This document shows, in pieces, positions 13,980 to 24,785 of a DNA stretch of 32,000 nt. The notes under the pieces are model-generated. The model had not been told where the DNA came from. It saw only the letters and a list, made by a program, of their open reading frames with translations, and did not search any database. Positions within the stretch are counted from its first letter, which is position 1. Each line of letters starts with the position of its first letter. Source of the DNA: Prevotella phage Lak-C1; sequence record MK250029.1; one strand, 5' to 3'. The position numbers and the translations under genes are program-made.

Positions 13980-14456
13980 TTACTCAAGACCTAACTTAAT
14001 ACGGTTAGAAATAAGGTTCCATACCGTATTTGTAATAAAGTTTTCCTTAAGTTTCTTACCAACAGCAGGTTCAATATCTGATTTAAATGTTTCTACTACA
14101 TATTTACCATTTCCAGAACGATATGCTTCTGTAATAGCAACAAGATTTTTCTTAGTCTGTTTCTCTATATAAAGACGAATATCATCCTTAGTTGAATTCG
14201 CACTAAGAGTAATCATATTTTCATTTAAGAGTTTAATGCCTGCTTTATTAATTCCTGTTTTAGGTGACCAGTATTCAAATACTTTCTTGGCCATTTCTTT
14301 TTTCTGATCAGCAGGAAGATCTGACATATTTCCAGTAATCATATATGTCTCTTTAAGTACGTTAATAACGGCTACTTTCTGAGATTCATATAATTTCTCA
14401 CGAGCCTCAAGTACCTATTTTTTACTATTATTATATACTGTACTAAAACTTTTCAT
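13980..14456 (-). CDS. Hypothetical phage protein, 158 aa
   Basis: ATG at 14454-14456 (MKSFSTVYNNSKKQVLEAREKLYESQKVAVINVLKETYMITGNMSDL...) reads through one TAG into track ORF 13980-14342. TAA stop. Confidence 0.75.
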
Positions 14457-14514
14457 TTGCTTGAATTTAAATGTTTTTATTTATTATTTTATTTATCTAT
14501 GTTTTTATAAAAAA

Positions 14515-14967
14515 TTATTTTCTGATATTCAAAACGAGCTTTGTATTTTTCGGTATTCGATTTAAAGCCCTTATTATTATTTTATTATTATCACCATCCC
14601 ACATATAATCACAATTAGGATCGGGATTTGATTTACTTATAACATCATAATATTGGCAATAACCGAATGGAATAACATATTTCTCATTAGGAATAACTTC
14701 AAATACTATATCTCTCATATCTTTAGTATAAAGAGATAATTTATCTATAGATTTTGTAGGACATACTTCTATAATATCTCCTGGATAAAACTATGAATTA
14801 GAATAAACAGATTTACCGTCAGAACAAATTTTACATTGATTTAAATTTGTCGGTATCATTGTTACTTTCTTTATGTTAGTTTTATCACGTGGTTCCTAAC
14901 CATAAAATAATCCATACCATGATTTCTCATTTACAGATTTAAACTTTTTATTTGTTCTTTGTTTCAT
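14515..14967 (-). CDS. SET-domain-like protein, 150 aa
   Basis: Extension of track ORF 14515-14718 to ATG at 14965-14967. SKSVY...QFYPGDIIEVCP...VIPFGYCQYYDVISKSNPDPNCDYMWDGDNNKIIIRALNRIPKNTKLVLNIRK-type text resembles the SET pattern (GDxIExCP, NHSCDPN-like, then RAxxxIxxxxxLxxNY). Confidence 0.55.
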
Positions 14968-15011
14968 AATTAAATATATTTTATATATTATTTATTAATG
15001 TATTTTAAAAA

Positions 15012-16670
15012 TTAATTATGTTCTACAGCTTGTACTGTATTACTAGCTTTTTCTATTTCTGTTGGCATTCCTAAATTATTTTCAGACGGTTTATCATTAC
15101 CTTTAGTTTCGTCTTTATCGTTCTATATTTCTTCTTTATTATTTTTATATAATGAATCAGCTAAATCTTTTAATGACGCTTTTGTACCCATTTCCTGTTC
15201 TATATATTTCTTCGCTTTATCAATTAAATTTTCTGTATTATTCTATTCATCTTCAAATAAGTATATATCATTATTTCTAAAATATAAAACAGATTCTATT
15301 TTTATTTTACTTATAAAATACATTAAACTATAAAACATTGATAAACCATCATAAGGTTTATCATTTGAAATATAATCTAATATAGTTTTATATATATCAA
15401 ATATATTTAACGAACCATCTATTACTTTAAACTATTTAAAAAATGATAAAATTTCTTTATTATCATTACTTAATAACAATTTAAATGATTTAAAGAAACT
15501 ATTATCTTTATTAATTATTTGAATTTTTAAATTATTTAAATTTATATTGAATAGATCTTGTAATTCATTAATAATATGTTCACCTATACTTAGATTATCT
15601 TTCTCTCCATTTGTTGTATCATGACCATCTAACGTTTTTATATTTGTATAAAATAATTTAAATATTTCTTTACATAATATAGTTGTTGTCTACAATTTAT
15701 TTGTTTTTTCATCTTTACCTATAACAACAGTTACTTTTGATGTATTTAATGTTTCCTTAATTTCATTTATACTATCTTCCAAATTTTCAGATTTTTTATT
15801 TAATGATAATAACGTATCCGATAATAATGTATTCCATTTTGTAAACTATTCATTAGTTATTACATCTAAATTCTATATATTTTCTAAGAATTTACTTACT
15901 GTTAATTTATTTGTTTTAAATACATCTTTATCTACATCAATCTGTTTTTTAAGAAATACATCTTTAATACCTTCTTTTATATCTATATTTGATATATTCT
16001 ATTTGAAATATTCTATATATTCCTATTCATTATCTTTTTTTAATAATTCTAATAATGTTGAATATATATCTTTATAACGCTATGTATTTATATTATTCTA
16101 AACATCTTTATTACCTAATGTATTATATATATTAATTGGAATTTCAAACTATGAAAATTTATCATCAATTAATTTATTATAATATGAACTAAAATTATTA
16201 GAAAAAATAAATTGTAATATACTTATTAACGTTTTTTGAGAAATCATATTATTACATGTATCAATAAACTATTTCATTTCATCATCAGTTATTGGTTCAA
16301 TATTATATAATTTATCTTTATCGATTTCTGTAGTTTCATTCTATATAATATATTTTATTATAGTTTTATATGATATATTTGAAATATCATTTTGACTTAA
16401 CTATATATTATTTTTAAATATATCATTTTCTATAATTTGTGAAATTTTTTCATTTATTAAATTATTTGGTTCTAAGTAAATATTTAATGGCGTTATTCCA
16501 CATTTTCTTAAAAACTAATTTAATTTAATTGCCTTATTTTTTATATCTGCATTTGTATTGTTATCATCATTTAATTCATTTATAATATTACTAAATTCAT
16601 TGAATAAATCAGTTGATAACATATTATGATATACTACATTATATATTATATTATCTATTTGCTATAACAT
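15012..16670 (-). CDS. Hypothetical phage protein, about 552 aa, coiled-coil or helical in character
   Basis: ATG near 16668-16670 (MLQQIDNIIINVVYHNML...) to TAA at 15012 (...EKASNTVQAVEHN). There is no long standard-code ORF because of dense in-frame TAG. Confidence 0.7.
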
Positions 16671-16683
16671 AACTTATATTCAT

Positions 16684-19320
16684 TTAATTTTGATTATTTT
16701 TTGAGTTATTCAATATATTTAATAACTACGCATATGTATATAATGTTTCTTGCTCTTCTTGCTGTTTCTTTAATTCATCTGAAGATTCTTTTGTAATAGG
16801 ATATTTATCAGTATATAGTTTTATAAGGTAGAATATCTGTTTATAATAAAGCATTACAGCTAGCAAATTTGGATATTGAACTGTCAAAAATTCCTATATA
16901 GACTTATACATACAACTATTACCATTATCACCTGTAATTGAACGAATACGTGATTCTATTCTATCATCTAAATCATCTGCATATCGTGTCCATATATTTT
17001 GAAGACTTGTCGCACGAACAGGATGTTTAGACAGTGCAGCTTTAAACTTATCACCTAATGTTGACTATGCAGACTATGATGTTCTGCATATTAATCCTAT
17101 TTTTTCAGTAATTTCTTTATCTGCTGCTTCTTTTAATTTTTTCATTCGTTCACGAGCATTTTTAATTATATACCATTCTTCTGGATTACCATAACTTGTA
17201 ATAATTCCTGTAATTTCTCTTGTTAAATTGACCTTAACAAACTTGTATGTTTGCTCATTTCCGTCTTCTAACTATTTAATAATTTCATCACTATTTTTAA
17301 TTTGCTCATTTTCAAATAGAGAATTATATGCATAACTATACTTATCATTATAAGTAAATACTGATACTGATTCATCCTTTAAGTTTAAAGAATATGCTAC
17401 TTTTTGTAACTCGTCATATTTACTATATGGTGTATATTTTGCAATTATAAGGTCTAAATCTTTATTACGTGAATCTGTATCTTGTATTTTAGAAGTTACA
17501 CGGTCTTTAAATTCTTTTAATTTTTTCTTATCTGTTATACCTAATTTCTATATAAACTTATCAGATGATGTCCATGATAGAATTTTGCTTGATCTTCTTG
17601 CAGTTTCACTAAATTCTCGCCAACCATTTAAATCCTTTTGATATTCATTATCCATAATTTGTTTTAATACTGCATCTTCTTTCTTCATATACTTATCCAT
17701 ATTACCTTCGGATGCATTATTCATATCAGATACTTTCTAAGCGAAATTACTCATCTCTTTAGTACCATTATTACCACAAATTGATTTCATTAATGTTGTT
17801 ACAATAGATATACTACTACGTACATAATTATCAATTGCATCTATTAAATTACCATTAAATGCAGATGCTTCATTTTCTACACGTTTCTTTGTTTCCTAAT
17901 CTAATTCACTTCCTAATACAGAAGTTGGATCTAAATCTCCAGTTAATGGTCCACTTAATGAAACACCTTTTGTTTTATCTAATCCTTCTTCATTCTCAAC
18001 TTCAAATAATGATAATACTTTATTTAAAGATAACATATATGACTCATTTTTTAATGTTTCATATTTTACAATATCATCTAATTTCACATGTTCTTTATTA
18101 AAATATTTAAGTCCTATATCAGAAGCTTTATCCTATATAATTTCCTTTGTAGGTTTCATGAATAATGAACCATTTGGATTTTCATTTGCTTTTGTAGGAT
18201 AATCAATATTAGACATTAACATTGCATAATTTGTTGGTAATGATGGTAACATTAATAATGACTTATTAAAACGTTTTTCATTTACCTTAATTGGTAATAG
18301 TTTTTTTGTACCTTCATTTATATAAGCATCTTCTCCTTCTGTAGAAACACCATTTACAATATCAAAAAATTGACCTAAACCTGAATCATCTGACGGCTCA
18401 TCACCTGAAGTTATACTATTAAAATTAGTTAATGAAGGTGATAAAAAACCTAATCTGTGAATACATTGTGTATATAAACATGCCATATTTCTTTCTGCAG
18501 TTTCCTGGATAGTTCTAAAACATGCTTTATTGTAATCACCTGTATTTTGTTTATTCTTTCTACCAGGTAATAAAAATGAATACCAAGGACGTTTTTTATT
18601 TACACCTGAATCTGTTAACTCTACAAGCTTATTCATATATTGCTTAAGCTTCATCATCGCTAATCTATCTTTTCCTTTCATAAACAACCACGCAATAATA
18701 CCTAATAAACCTGTTAACAAACCAGCACTTAATTTCAAAATCCAAGAACAATCCATCCACCAATCAGCTGCATGACCTTCAGCTTCATTTAATGTATGAA
18801 GATCTGGATCATTCATAATATATTCAAAAATATTCTTTTTGATATTATTATATTCATCTAAACCAACTTCGGCAATAAGTTCCTTATCAAATAATTCATC
18901 AAACTATGATTCGAATAACATCTCATCCATCATTTGTTTTATTTGACGTTTCTCTTCTTCACTATATTCATTAGAAAGTTTTATATCCTGAATATCTTCA
19001 TATGTTATTTCATCATCTGAATTATCAATAACATCTTCAGATTCTTTAAGATTAAACGGCATTGTACCATAATATGCATCGCAGTTACTGCATACATATA
19101 CAGGTTCTCCTTGTATTTTCAAAACAACTTTACCACCGCATTTTGGACATATATTTGGAACAATATTACCTTCATCATTATATATACGTTTCTTTTTCTT
19201 AGATTCTTGAAGCTATTTCATTTCAGGACATAAACCGGAATGTTCGTATTCATATATTTTTCTATCTTCAGGACTAAGTAAACTTAAACGTTCTTTAGAT
19301 AATTTTCTTGGAAATTTCAT
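16684..19320 (-). CDS. Large protein, about 878 aa, with an N-terminal zinc ribbon and a hydrophobic segment; possibly virion-associated
   Basis: ATG at 19318-19320 (MKFPRKLSKERLSLLSPEDRKIYEYEHSGLCPEMKQ...). Contains CPKCGG...YVCSNCDAYYG and ILKLSAGLLTGLLGIIAWLFM. Track ORFs 18904, 18133 and 17896 are in this frame. Confidence 0.75.
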
Positions 19321-19387
19321 TTAATTAAAAACTTTGTTTTCATATTTATTATTGAAAATAAATTATCTCATTTTTATAAATAAAAAA

Positions 19388-19423
19388 TAAGGAATTAGAA
19401 TATCAGCAAATTCTAATTCCTTA
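19388..19423. terminator. Intrinsic terminator between minus-strand genes
   Basis: Perfect 14-bp inverted repeat TAAGGAATTAGAAT / ATTCTAATTCCTTA, loop of 8 nt, followed on the minus strand by a T-run. Confidence 0.85.
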
Positions 19424-19432
19424 TTATATTTT

Positions 19433-19723
19433 TTAACGTCCACTAATCATTTTATCAATCTTTCTGAAAATTGCATTTACTTCATCATATGAAATATCAC
19501 CATCATTCAATAGTCCAACTATTTTAAGAATATCTTCTAACATCCATTGAATATTATTAATAACTTCAGCTTTCAAACTTTCGTCACCAGTTTTATCAAG
19601 ACACACATTGATATTATATGCATAATCTTCATAACTTTGATTTTCATTCAAACGTCTTTTAATAGTTTTTGATACACTTCTCATGATATTCTCATAAAGT
19701 GCTTTCTTTTGCATTTTATTCAT
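19433..19723 (-). CDS. Small hypothetical phage protein, 96 aa
   Basis: Intact ORF MNKMQKKALYENIMRSVSKTIKRRLNE..., TAA stop, no TAG. Confidence 0.75.
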   Translation of the reverse strand: MNKMQKKALYENIMRSVSKTIKRRLNENQSYEDYAYNINVCLDKTGDESLKAEVINNIQWMLEDILKIVGLLNDGDISYDEVNAIFRKIDKMISGR

Positions 19724-19809
19724 AATTTTTAATAGTTTTTTTTTTCTTATATGTTATTTATCAAATAAAACAAACAATATATTTTTTGATATAATTAAAT
19801 AATAATATG

Positions 19810-20181
19810 ATGCAATTAAAACTTTTAGGAGTACTTCAGGATTATGATAGTCCTTATGTCTCCTTATATAGAGACGATAATAGTCAAAATTTATATTTGG
19901 CTGTGGAACAAAACTCAGATAAACCAAAAGAGTTTTGCACATTGTTACTTCATGTGTCTAAAAGATTAGTCGAATATTATTTGCAGAATAAAATTGGCCT
20001 CCGAGAAATCTATAAGAATGTGAAAAGTAAATATATTTGGTTTCACAAAAAAGATCAGATTTGTACATTGGTAGATGTAGGTAATGAAGATGTGTCTAAA
20101 TACATAGATATTGATGATGATATGTTTGATCCTGATTTTTGCAATCATGAAGCTAGCATAAAGTATTATTTAAACAAGTAA
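19810..20181 (+). CDS. Hypothetical protein, about 123 aa
   Basis: Intact track ORF (M)MQLKLLGVLQDYDSPYVSLYRDDNSQNLYLAVEQ..., TAA stop, no TAG. Confidence 0.75.
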   Translation: MQLKLLGVLQDYDSPYVSLYRDDNSQNLYLAVEQNSDKPKEFCTLLLHVSKRLVEYYLQNKIGLREIYKNVKSKYIWFHKKDQICTLVDVGNEDVSKYIDIDDDMFDPDFCNHEASIKYYLNK

Positions 20182-20410
20182 AATTACTAAATGTACTAGA
20201 GAGTGACTTGAAATATGATCGAACACTTGATTTCAAGAAAGCCTTAAAAATAAAGAGATAGAACTTGACGTTGGTGCAACTTTGTTACAACATAAGAAGA
20301 ATGACATTTTAGTAAGGTTTTCAAAGATTTCTCGTGCTTACAGCGTATAGCTGCTTAGCACATTATTGAATTATTAACGAACTATTGATATAATATATAA
20401 CTATATTTTT
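20182..20410 (+). other. Structured non-coding interval / candidate small RNA or leader upstream of the methylase
   Basis: 229 nt without a convincing CDS. Contains CTTGAAAT...ATTTCAAG (20207-20237) and the interrupted hairpin GTGCT-TA-CAGC-GTATA-GCTG-CTT-AGCAC (20334-20361). More GC-rich than other gaps. Confidence 0.35.
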
Positions 20411-21310
20411 ATGAATGCAAAACCAATTATCAAATGGGTAGGTGGAAAAACCCAATTATTAAATACAATAAATGATAATCTTCCACAAAATATATCACAT
20501 TTTAACACATATATGGAACCATTCATTGGTGGTGCTGCAGTATTATTTTATATTGTTCCAAAATTACCTAATATAAAAAATGTGTTTATAAATGACTTAA
20601 ATTATAAATTGACAAATTTATATACAGTTGTAAAAAATAAACATTTAAAATTAATTAATCAATTAAAAACAATACAGGAAGAATATAGAAAATCTGAAGA
20701 TCCGAAAATGTTTTATTATAATACCCGTGATTCATTCAATATATATGATATGAATATGGAACCAGATGCAGATGTATTACATGCAGCTGAATTTATATTC
20801 TTAAATAAGACATGTTTTAACGGATTATACAGAGAGAATTCAAAAGGTGAATTTAATGTACCATGGAATAAGAATGTAAATGTTTGTATATGTGATGAAG
20901 AAAATATTAAAGCAGTACATAATTTTTTCATTAAATACAATGTTCAAATATCTACTGGTACATATAATGATTTTTTTAAAGGTAAAGGAATGTATATGAA
21001 AAATGCGTTTGTTTATATGGATCCACCTTATAGACCTATTACTAAATCAGCTGCATTTACGTCATATACAAAATCAGGTTTTAATGATAATAATCAAAAA
21101 GAATTAAAAATTTGGGTTGATATTTTGAATAGTAGTAATGCTTATTGTATGTTAAGTAATTCAGATCCAAAAAATTATGATGTAAATGATACGTTTTTTG
21201 ATGACTTATATTCAGATTATAACATAATTAGAGTAAATGCTAAAAGATCCATCAATTCAAAAGGAAATGGACGTGGTAGTATAACAGAAATATTGGTAAA
21301 AAATTATTAA
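20411..21310 (+). CDS. dam: D12-class DNA adenine-N6 methyltransferase (Dam-like), 299 aa
   Basis: Intact ORF with PIIKWVGGKTQLL and YMEPFIGGAAVLF (SAM-binding motif) and FVYMDPPYRPI (DPPY catalytic motif). Confidence 0.95.
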   Translation: MNAKPIIKWVGGKTQLLNTINDNLPQNISHFNTYMEPFIGGAAVLFYIVPKLPNIKNVFINDLNYKLTNLYTVVKNKHLKLINQLKTIQEEYRKSEDPKMFYYNTRDSFNIYDMNMEPDADVLHAAEFIFLNKTCFNGLYRENSKGEFNVPWNKNVNVCICDEENIKAVHNFFIKYNVQISTGTYNDFFKGKGMYMKNAFVYMDPPYRPITKSAAFTSYTKSGFNDNNQKELKIWVDILNSSNAYCMLSNSDPKNYDVNDTFFDDLYSDYNIIRVNAKRSINSKGNGRGSITEILVKNY

Positions 21311-21341
21311 TAAAATAAATACTTAAACATATATCTGATAT

Positions 21342-22334
21342 ATGAAATTTATACATAATCTGACTGAATAGAATAATATATTGTCATATAATGAAATATT
21401 AAATACAATTAATAACATTAATGAAGAATATCATGAAGTAACAAATTTTGATAATATGATAAAAGATGTTGCTAAACAAATATATTATTCTAATTATACT
21501 GATTTTTATACAGGTTGGAATTGGTTTATTAAAGAACAAACATGTTTAAAAGTTAATACTGAATATAAATCAGATAATACAGTTTATAAAGATAATATAG
21601 GATGTCCTATATATATTAAATTTGATGATTTAGAAAATAATACATATTTTGCTGTATAGATGAGAGATAATACGTATAACATACCAATATATGTTAACAA
21701 ACATTATAACTTATCTATATAGCAATATGCATATAAATTAAAACATGAAATTACACATATACGTACAATGTATTCTAAAATAGATTCAAATCCGTTAGAT
21801 TCATTAAAGAATAGATCATCAAGTATTGAATTGGATAATATAAGATTAATAAATAATAAACAATTTCCATTTATATATAATGTTTGTTATTTATTATCAC
21901 CAACTGAATAGCAAGCACGTATAAATGAATATATATTTTTTATAAAAGATTATTTAAAAGAAAATGATATAGATAATGTAAACAGTCATAAATTAATAAA
22001 TGAATTAATTGAAAAAGGATATGAACATACATTATTAAAAGATTTCTTTGATATATATGAAAAATTAGAATTTATGGTAAATGCTTAGATTTATATATAG
22101 GTAATATCATTAGGATATGTGTTATAGAAATATAATTTATTTAAATCTAATATAACAGATGCAGATTTACTGAGATTAGAATCTGATAGAACAGGAATGA
22201 TATATAAGTATATTAAATCAGATGAAGATAATTCATATAAAATATTAGAATTTTTAAAATAGAATTTATCTGATTACTATACAAAATTAAAAAACGTAAC
22301 ATACAAAACATTAAAAGAAAATAACATAATTTAA
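21342..22334 (+). CDS. Putative zinc metallopeptidase-like protein, about 330 aa
   Basis: ATG at 21342, TAA at 22332-22334, several TAG codons read as Q. YAYKLKHEITHIRTMYSKID carries HExxH, and LSPTEQQARINEY downstream could supply a third ligand. Confidence 0.6.
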
Positions 22335-22340
22335 TTATAT

Positions 22341-22814
22341 ATGAAGACTAATTTAAATGGTGGTTGTTTATTACCAAATGAAGAAATTATTGTAAAGGAT
22401 GGACTTGTATTGATGTCTGAAATTAAAGTAGGTGATAAAGTTTTATCACATGATGGTGATTACCATGAAGTAGAACATGTATGGAATTTTGAGAAACCTA
22501 CATACTATGTATCACTTTCAAACGGTGATCATATCGAATGTTCAAATACACATAGATTCTTGGTAAATAAGAATAAGCTTGAGAAAGAATCATCATGGAA
22601 AACTGCTGAAGAACTTCATGATGGAGATGAAATCTTTACAATGAGTACCATTAATATGGACATTAATGAGAAAATTAAGTTTAATAAAATAAAGATTGCC
22701 CGTATATTCAAATCAGGAATTAATAATCATGTGATTGACATTACTGTTAAAGATACACATACATATATTTCTGCTAATGGTATTGTTAATCATAATTCAG
22801 GAACTAATTTCTGA
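22341..22814 (+). CDS. Mini-intein (Hint domain, no homing endonuclease) in a minimal host ORF; predicted intein 22365-22796
   Basis: MKTNLNGG|CLLPNEEIIVKDGLVLMSEIKVGDKVLSHDG...IECSNTHRFLV...ARIFKSGINNHVIDITVKDTHTYISANGIVNHN|SGTNF*. N-terminal Cys, block A and B features, C-terminal HN followed by Ser. TGA stop. Confidence 0.88.
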   Translation: MKTNLNGGCLLPNEEIIVKDGLVLMSEIKVGDKVLSHDGDYHEVEHVWNFEKPTYYVSLSNGDHIECSNTHRFLVNKNKLEKESSWKTAEELHDGDEIFTMSTINMDINEKIKFNKIKIARIFKSGINNHVIDITVKDTHTYISANGIVNHNSGTNF

Positions 22815-22829
22815 TAATGAATTATAATA

Positions 22830-23228
22830 ATGAATTATAAAGAAACATATTTAAAACCAGAAATTGCATTCTTACTGAAAAAGCATAACTATAATATCGA
22901 TAAAACTCGATATATGGTAAACAGAGACGGAACATTAGTTGAATCTACTAATGAATTATAGAAACATTATAATCATTTAGAATTAGCTTATAATCCTAAT
23001 GCAGAAGAAGTAATCGATTATTTCAAAAAACAATCAATTTATATTAACATTAATAAAATAGATGATAATAAATGGGAATGGATTATTTCATTTGGTAAGA
23101 AATCTGTATATTCTGGTGAAACTGCAAACGGAAATATCGGGCATAATCTTCCAGAATCACGTCAATTTTTTAACAATGAAAAAGACGCGTATTATGATGC
23201 AGTTATAGAACTTATTATTTTAATTTAA
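22830..23228 (+). CDS. Hypothetical protein, about 132 aa
   Basis: ATG at 22830 (MNYKETYLKPEIAFLLKKHNYNIDKTRYMVNRDGTLVESTNELQKHY...) with one in-frame TAG, TAA at 23226-23228. Confidence 0.6.
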
Positions 23229-23324
23229 TATATAAGAGGATATGGATTTAATTCTATATTCTCTTTTTTCTTTCAAATAAAATATGTATCTTTGTATAAA
23301 ATATGAATTAATAATTATAAGAGA

Positions 23325-24578
23325 ATGGATACAAAAACATATATGGCAATTAAAGATTGTCTTAGAATAATTATTCAAGGATCTGAATTTGAAAACAATT
23401 TATTTGCAGTCGGTGGATGTTGTAGAGATGAGATTTTAGGAAATAATATAAAAGATTTAGACCTTGTTGTTTCATTGGAAAACGGCGGTATTAAATTTGC
23501 AGAATGGTTGGAAAAGAATCATTATACAAAAGGAACTGTTGTGACATATCCTCGATATGGAACTGCTATGTTCAGACTAAAGGATTTTCCTAATGAAGAA
23601 CTTGAAGTTGTACAAACAAGAACTGAAATTTATACAACAGATTCAAGAAAGCCAGATACAACATTCGGTTCACTTAAGCAAGATTGCATGCGTAGAGACC
23701 TTACAATCAATGCAATTTATTATGATATTTCAAACAGTAAATTTATTGATGTTACAAACAGATCATTTGATGACATTAAAAATAAAATTATTGTAACACC
23801 ATGTGAACCAGATCAGACATATATTGATGATCCTCTTCGCATTATGAGATGTGTAAGATTTGCATGTAAACTTGGTTGGAATATAGATAAAAATGTATTC
23901 AACAGTATGAAGAAAAATATAGATAGACTATCTATTATTTCAAAAGAAAGAATACAGGATGAACTTATGAAAATATTGAATACACCAAATTCAAAATTAG
24001 GTATTGATTATCTATTTGATATTGATGCAATGAAATTTATTTTCCCTTGTATAAATCATAATATTCCTGGACATTTTATTGATTTAGATAAGACATATAA
24101 ACCTTATTTAAAATTAGCATTAATTAATATTAATAATTCTAATGTTAAAGAAGATTTAATTAATCTTAAATTTTCTACATATGAAATTAATACAATAATG
24201 AATTATATTAATGTATATCATGATATGTCGAAAATTAATAATCAATCATCACCCAGTGATATTAGACGAATGTTATATAAATGCAAAACATTAAATATAT
24301 TCTTTGATGTATATAACATGATAGTAATATATGAATCAAATAACAATAAATTAAAATCAATTCATGATGCTATTTCGAAAGGAATGAATTGTAATGATTT
24401 AATTAAGATGTTTGAATATAAGTTACCGGTTAATGGTAATGATATTATGGATGTATTTAATATTAAACCAGGACCAAAAATTAAAGAATATCTTGATAAA
24501 AGTTTGGATATTGTCTTTGATAATCCTTATATAACGAAAGATGAAATTTTAAATAAGTTAAAAGAGATTAAAAATTAA
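23325..24578 (+). CDS. cca: CCA-adding tRNA nucleotidyltransferase / poly(A) polymerase family, 417 aa
   Basis: Intact ORF with FAVGGCCRDEILGNNIKDLDLVV (nucleotidyltransferase GG...R(D)xLLG...DxD), DCMRRDLTINAIYYD and DDPLRIMRCVRFACKLGWNID. Confidence 0.93.
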   Translation: MDTKTYMAIKDCLRIIIQGSEFENNLFAVGGCCRDEILGNNIKDLDLVVSLENGGIKFAEWLEKNHYTKGTVVTYPRYGTAMFRLKDFPNEELEVVQTRTEIYTTDSRKPDTTFGSLKQDCMRRDLTINAIYYDISNSKFIDVTNRSFDDIKNKIIVTPCEPDQTYIDDPLRIMRCVRFACKLGWNIDKNVFNSMKKNIDRLSIISKERIQDELMKILNTPNSKLGIDYLFDIDAMKFIFPCINHNIPGHFIDLDKTYKPYLKLALININNSNVKEDLINLKFSTYEINTIMNYINVYHDMSKINNQSSPSDIRRMLYKCKTLNIFFDVYNMIVIYESNNNKLKSIHDAISKGMNCNDLIKMFEYKLPVNGNDIMDVFNIKPGPKIKEYLDKSLDIVFDNPYITKDEILNKLKEIKN

Positions 24579-24629
24579 AACAATTTATTGGTTAAACATT
24601 ATAAACATTAATTAAAACAGTTATTAGAT

Positions 24630-24779
24630 ATGGATTTAAATATTACACAGAGAGAAGGAATTAAGAAGTGTCTCTATGAGGATTTAAAGAAAATGTATGA
24701 TGCATTTATTTTGACTGATAGAGATAAGGTAGAAAGTGTATTTAATGAGTTTTTGAATAAATGTGAACGTTATATTTAA
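24630..24779 (+). CDS. Small hypothetical protein, 49 aa
   Basis: MDLNITQREGIKKCLYEDLKKMYDAFILTDRDKVESVFNEFLNKCERYI, TAA stop. Ends just before the next gene. Confidence 0.5.
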   Translation: MDLNITQREGIKKCLYEDLKKMYDAFILTDRDKVESVFNEFLNKCERYI

Positions 24780-24785
24780 TTTGAT

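Noticed and set aside
13951-14172. Plus-strand ORF 13951-14172
   Set aside because: Antisense to the 158-aa minus gene, after a terminator that ends the plus-strand module.
17859-18101. Plus-strand ORF 17859-18101 (leucine/histidine-rich)
   Set aside because: Antisense to the 878-aa gene; composition is typical of an artefact.
19754-20148. Minus ORFs 19754-19942 and 19966-20148
   Set aside because: Antisense to the well-formed ORF at 19810-20181.
20182-20410. tRNA gene in the structured gap
   Set aside because: The hairpins do not form a cloverleaf and there is no T-loop GGTTCRA pattern with matching arms.
22341-22814. Intein calling as a Hedgehog/Hint processing domain only
   Set aside because: The C-terminal HN followed by Ser fits a splicing-type intein more than a Hedgehog Hint, though function without splicing cannot be excluded.
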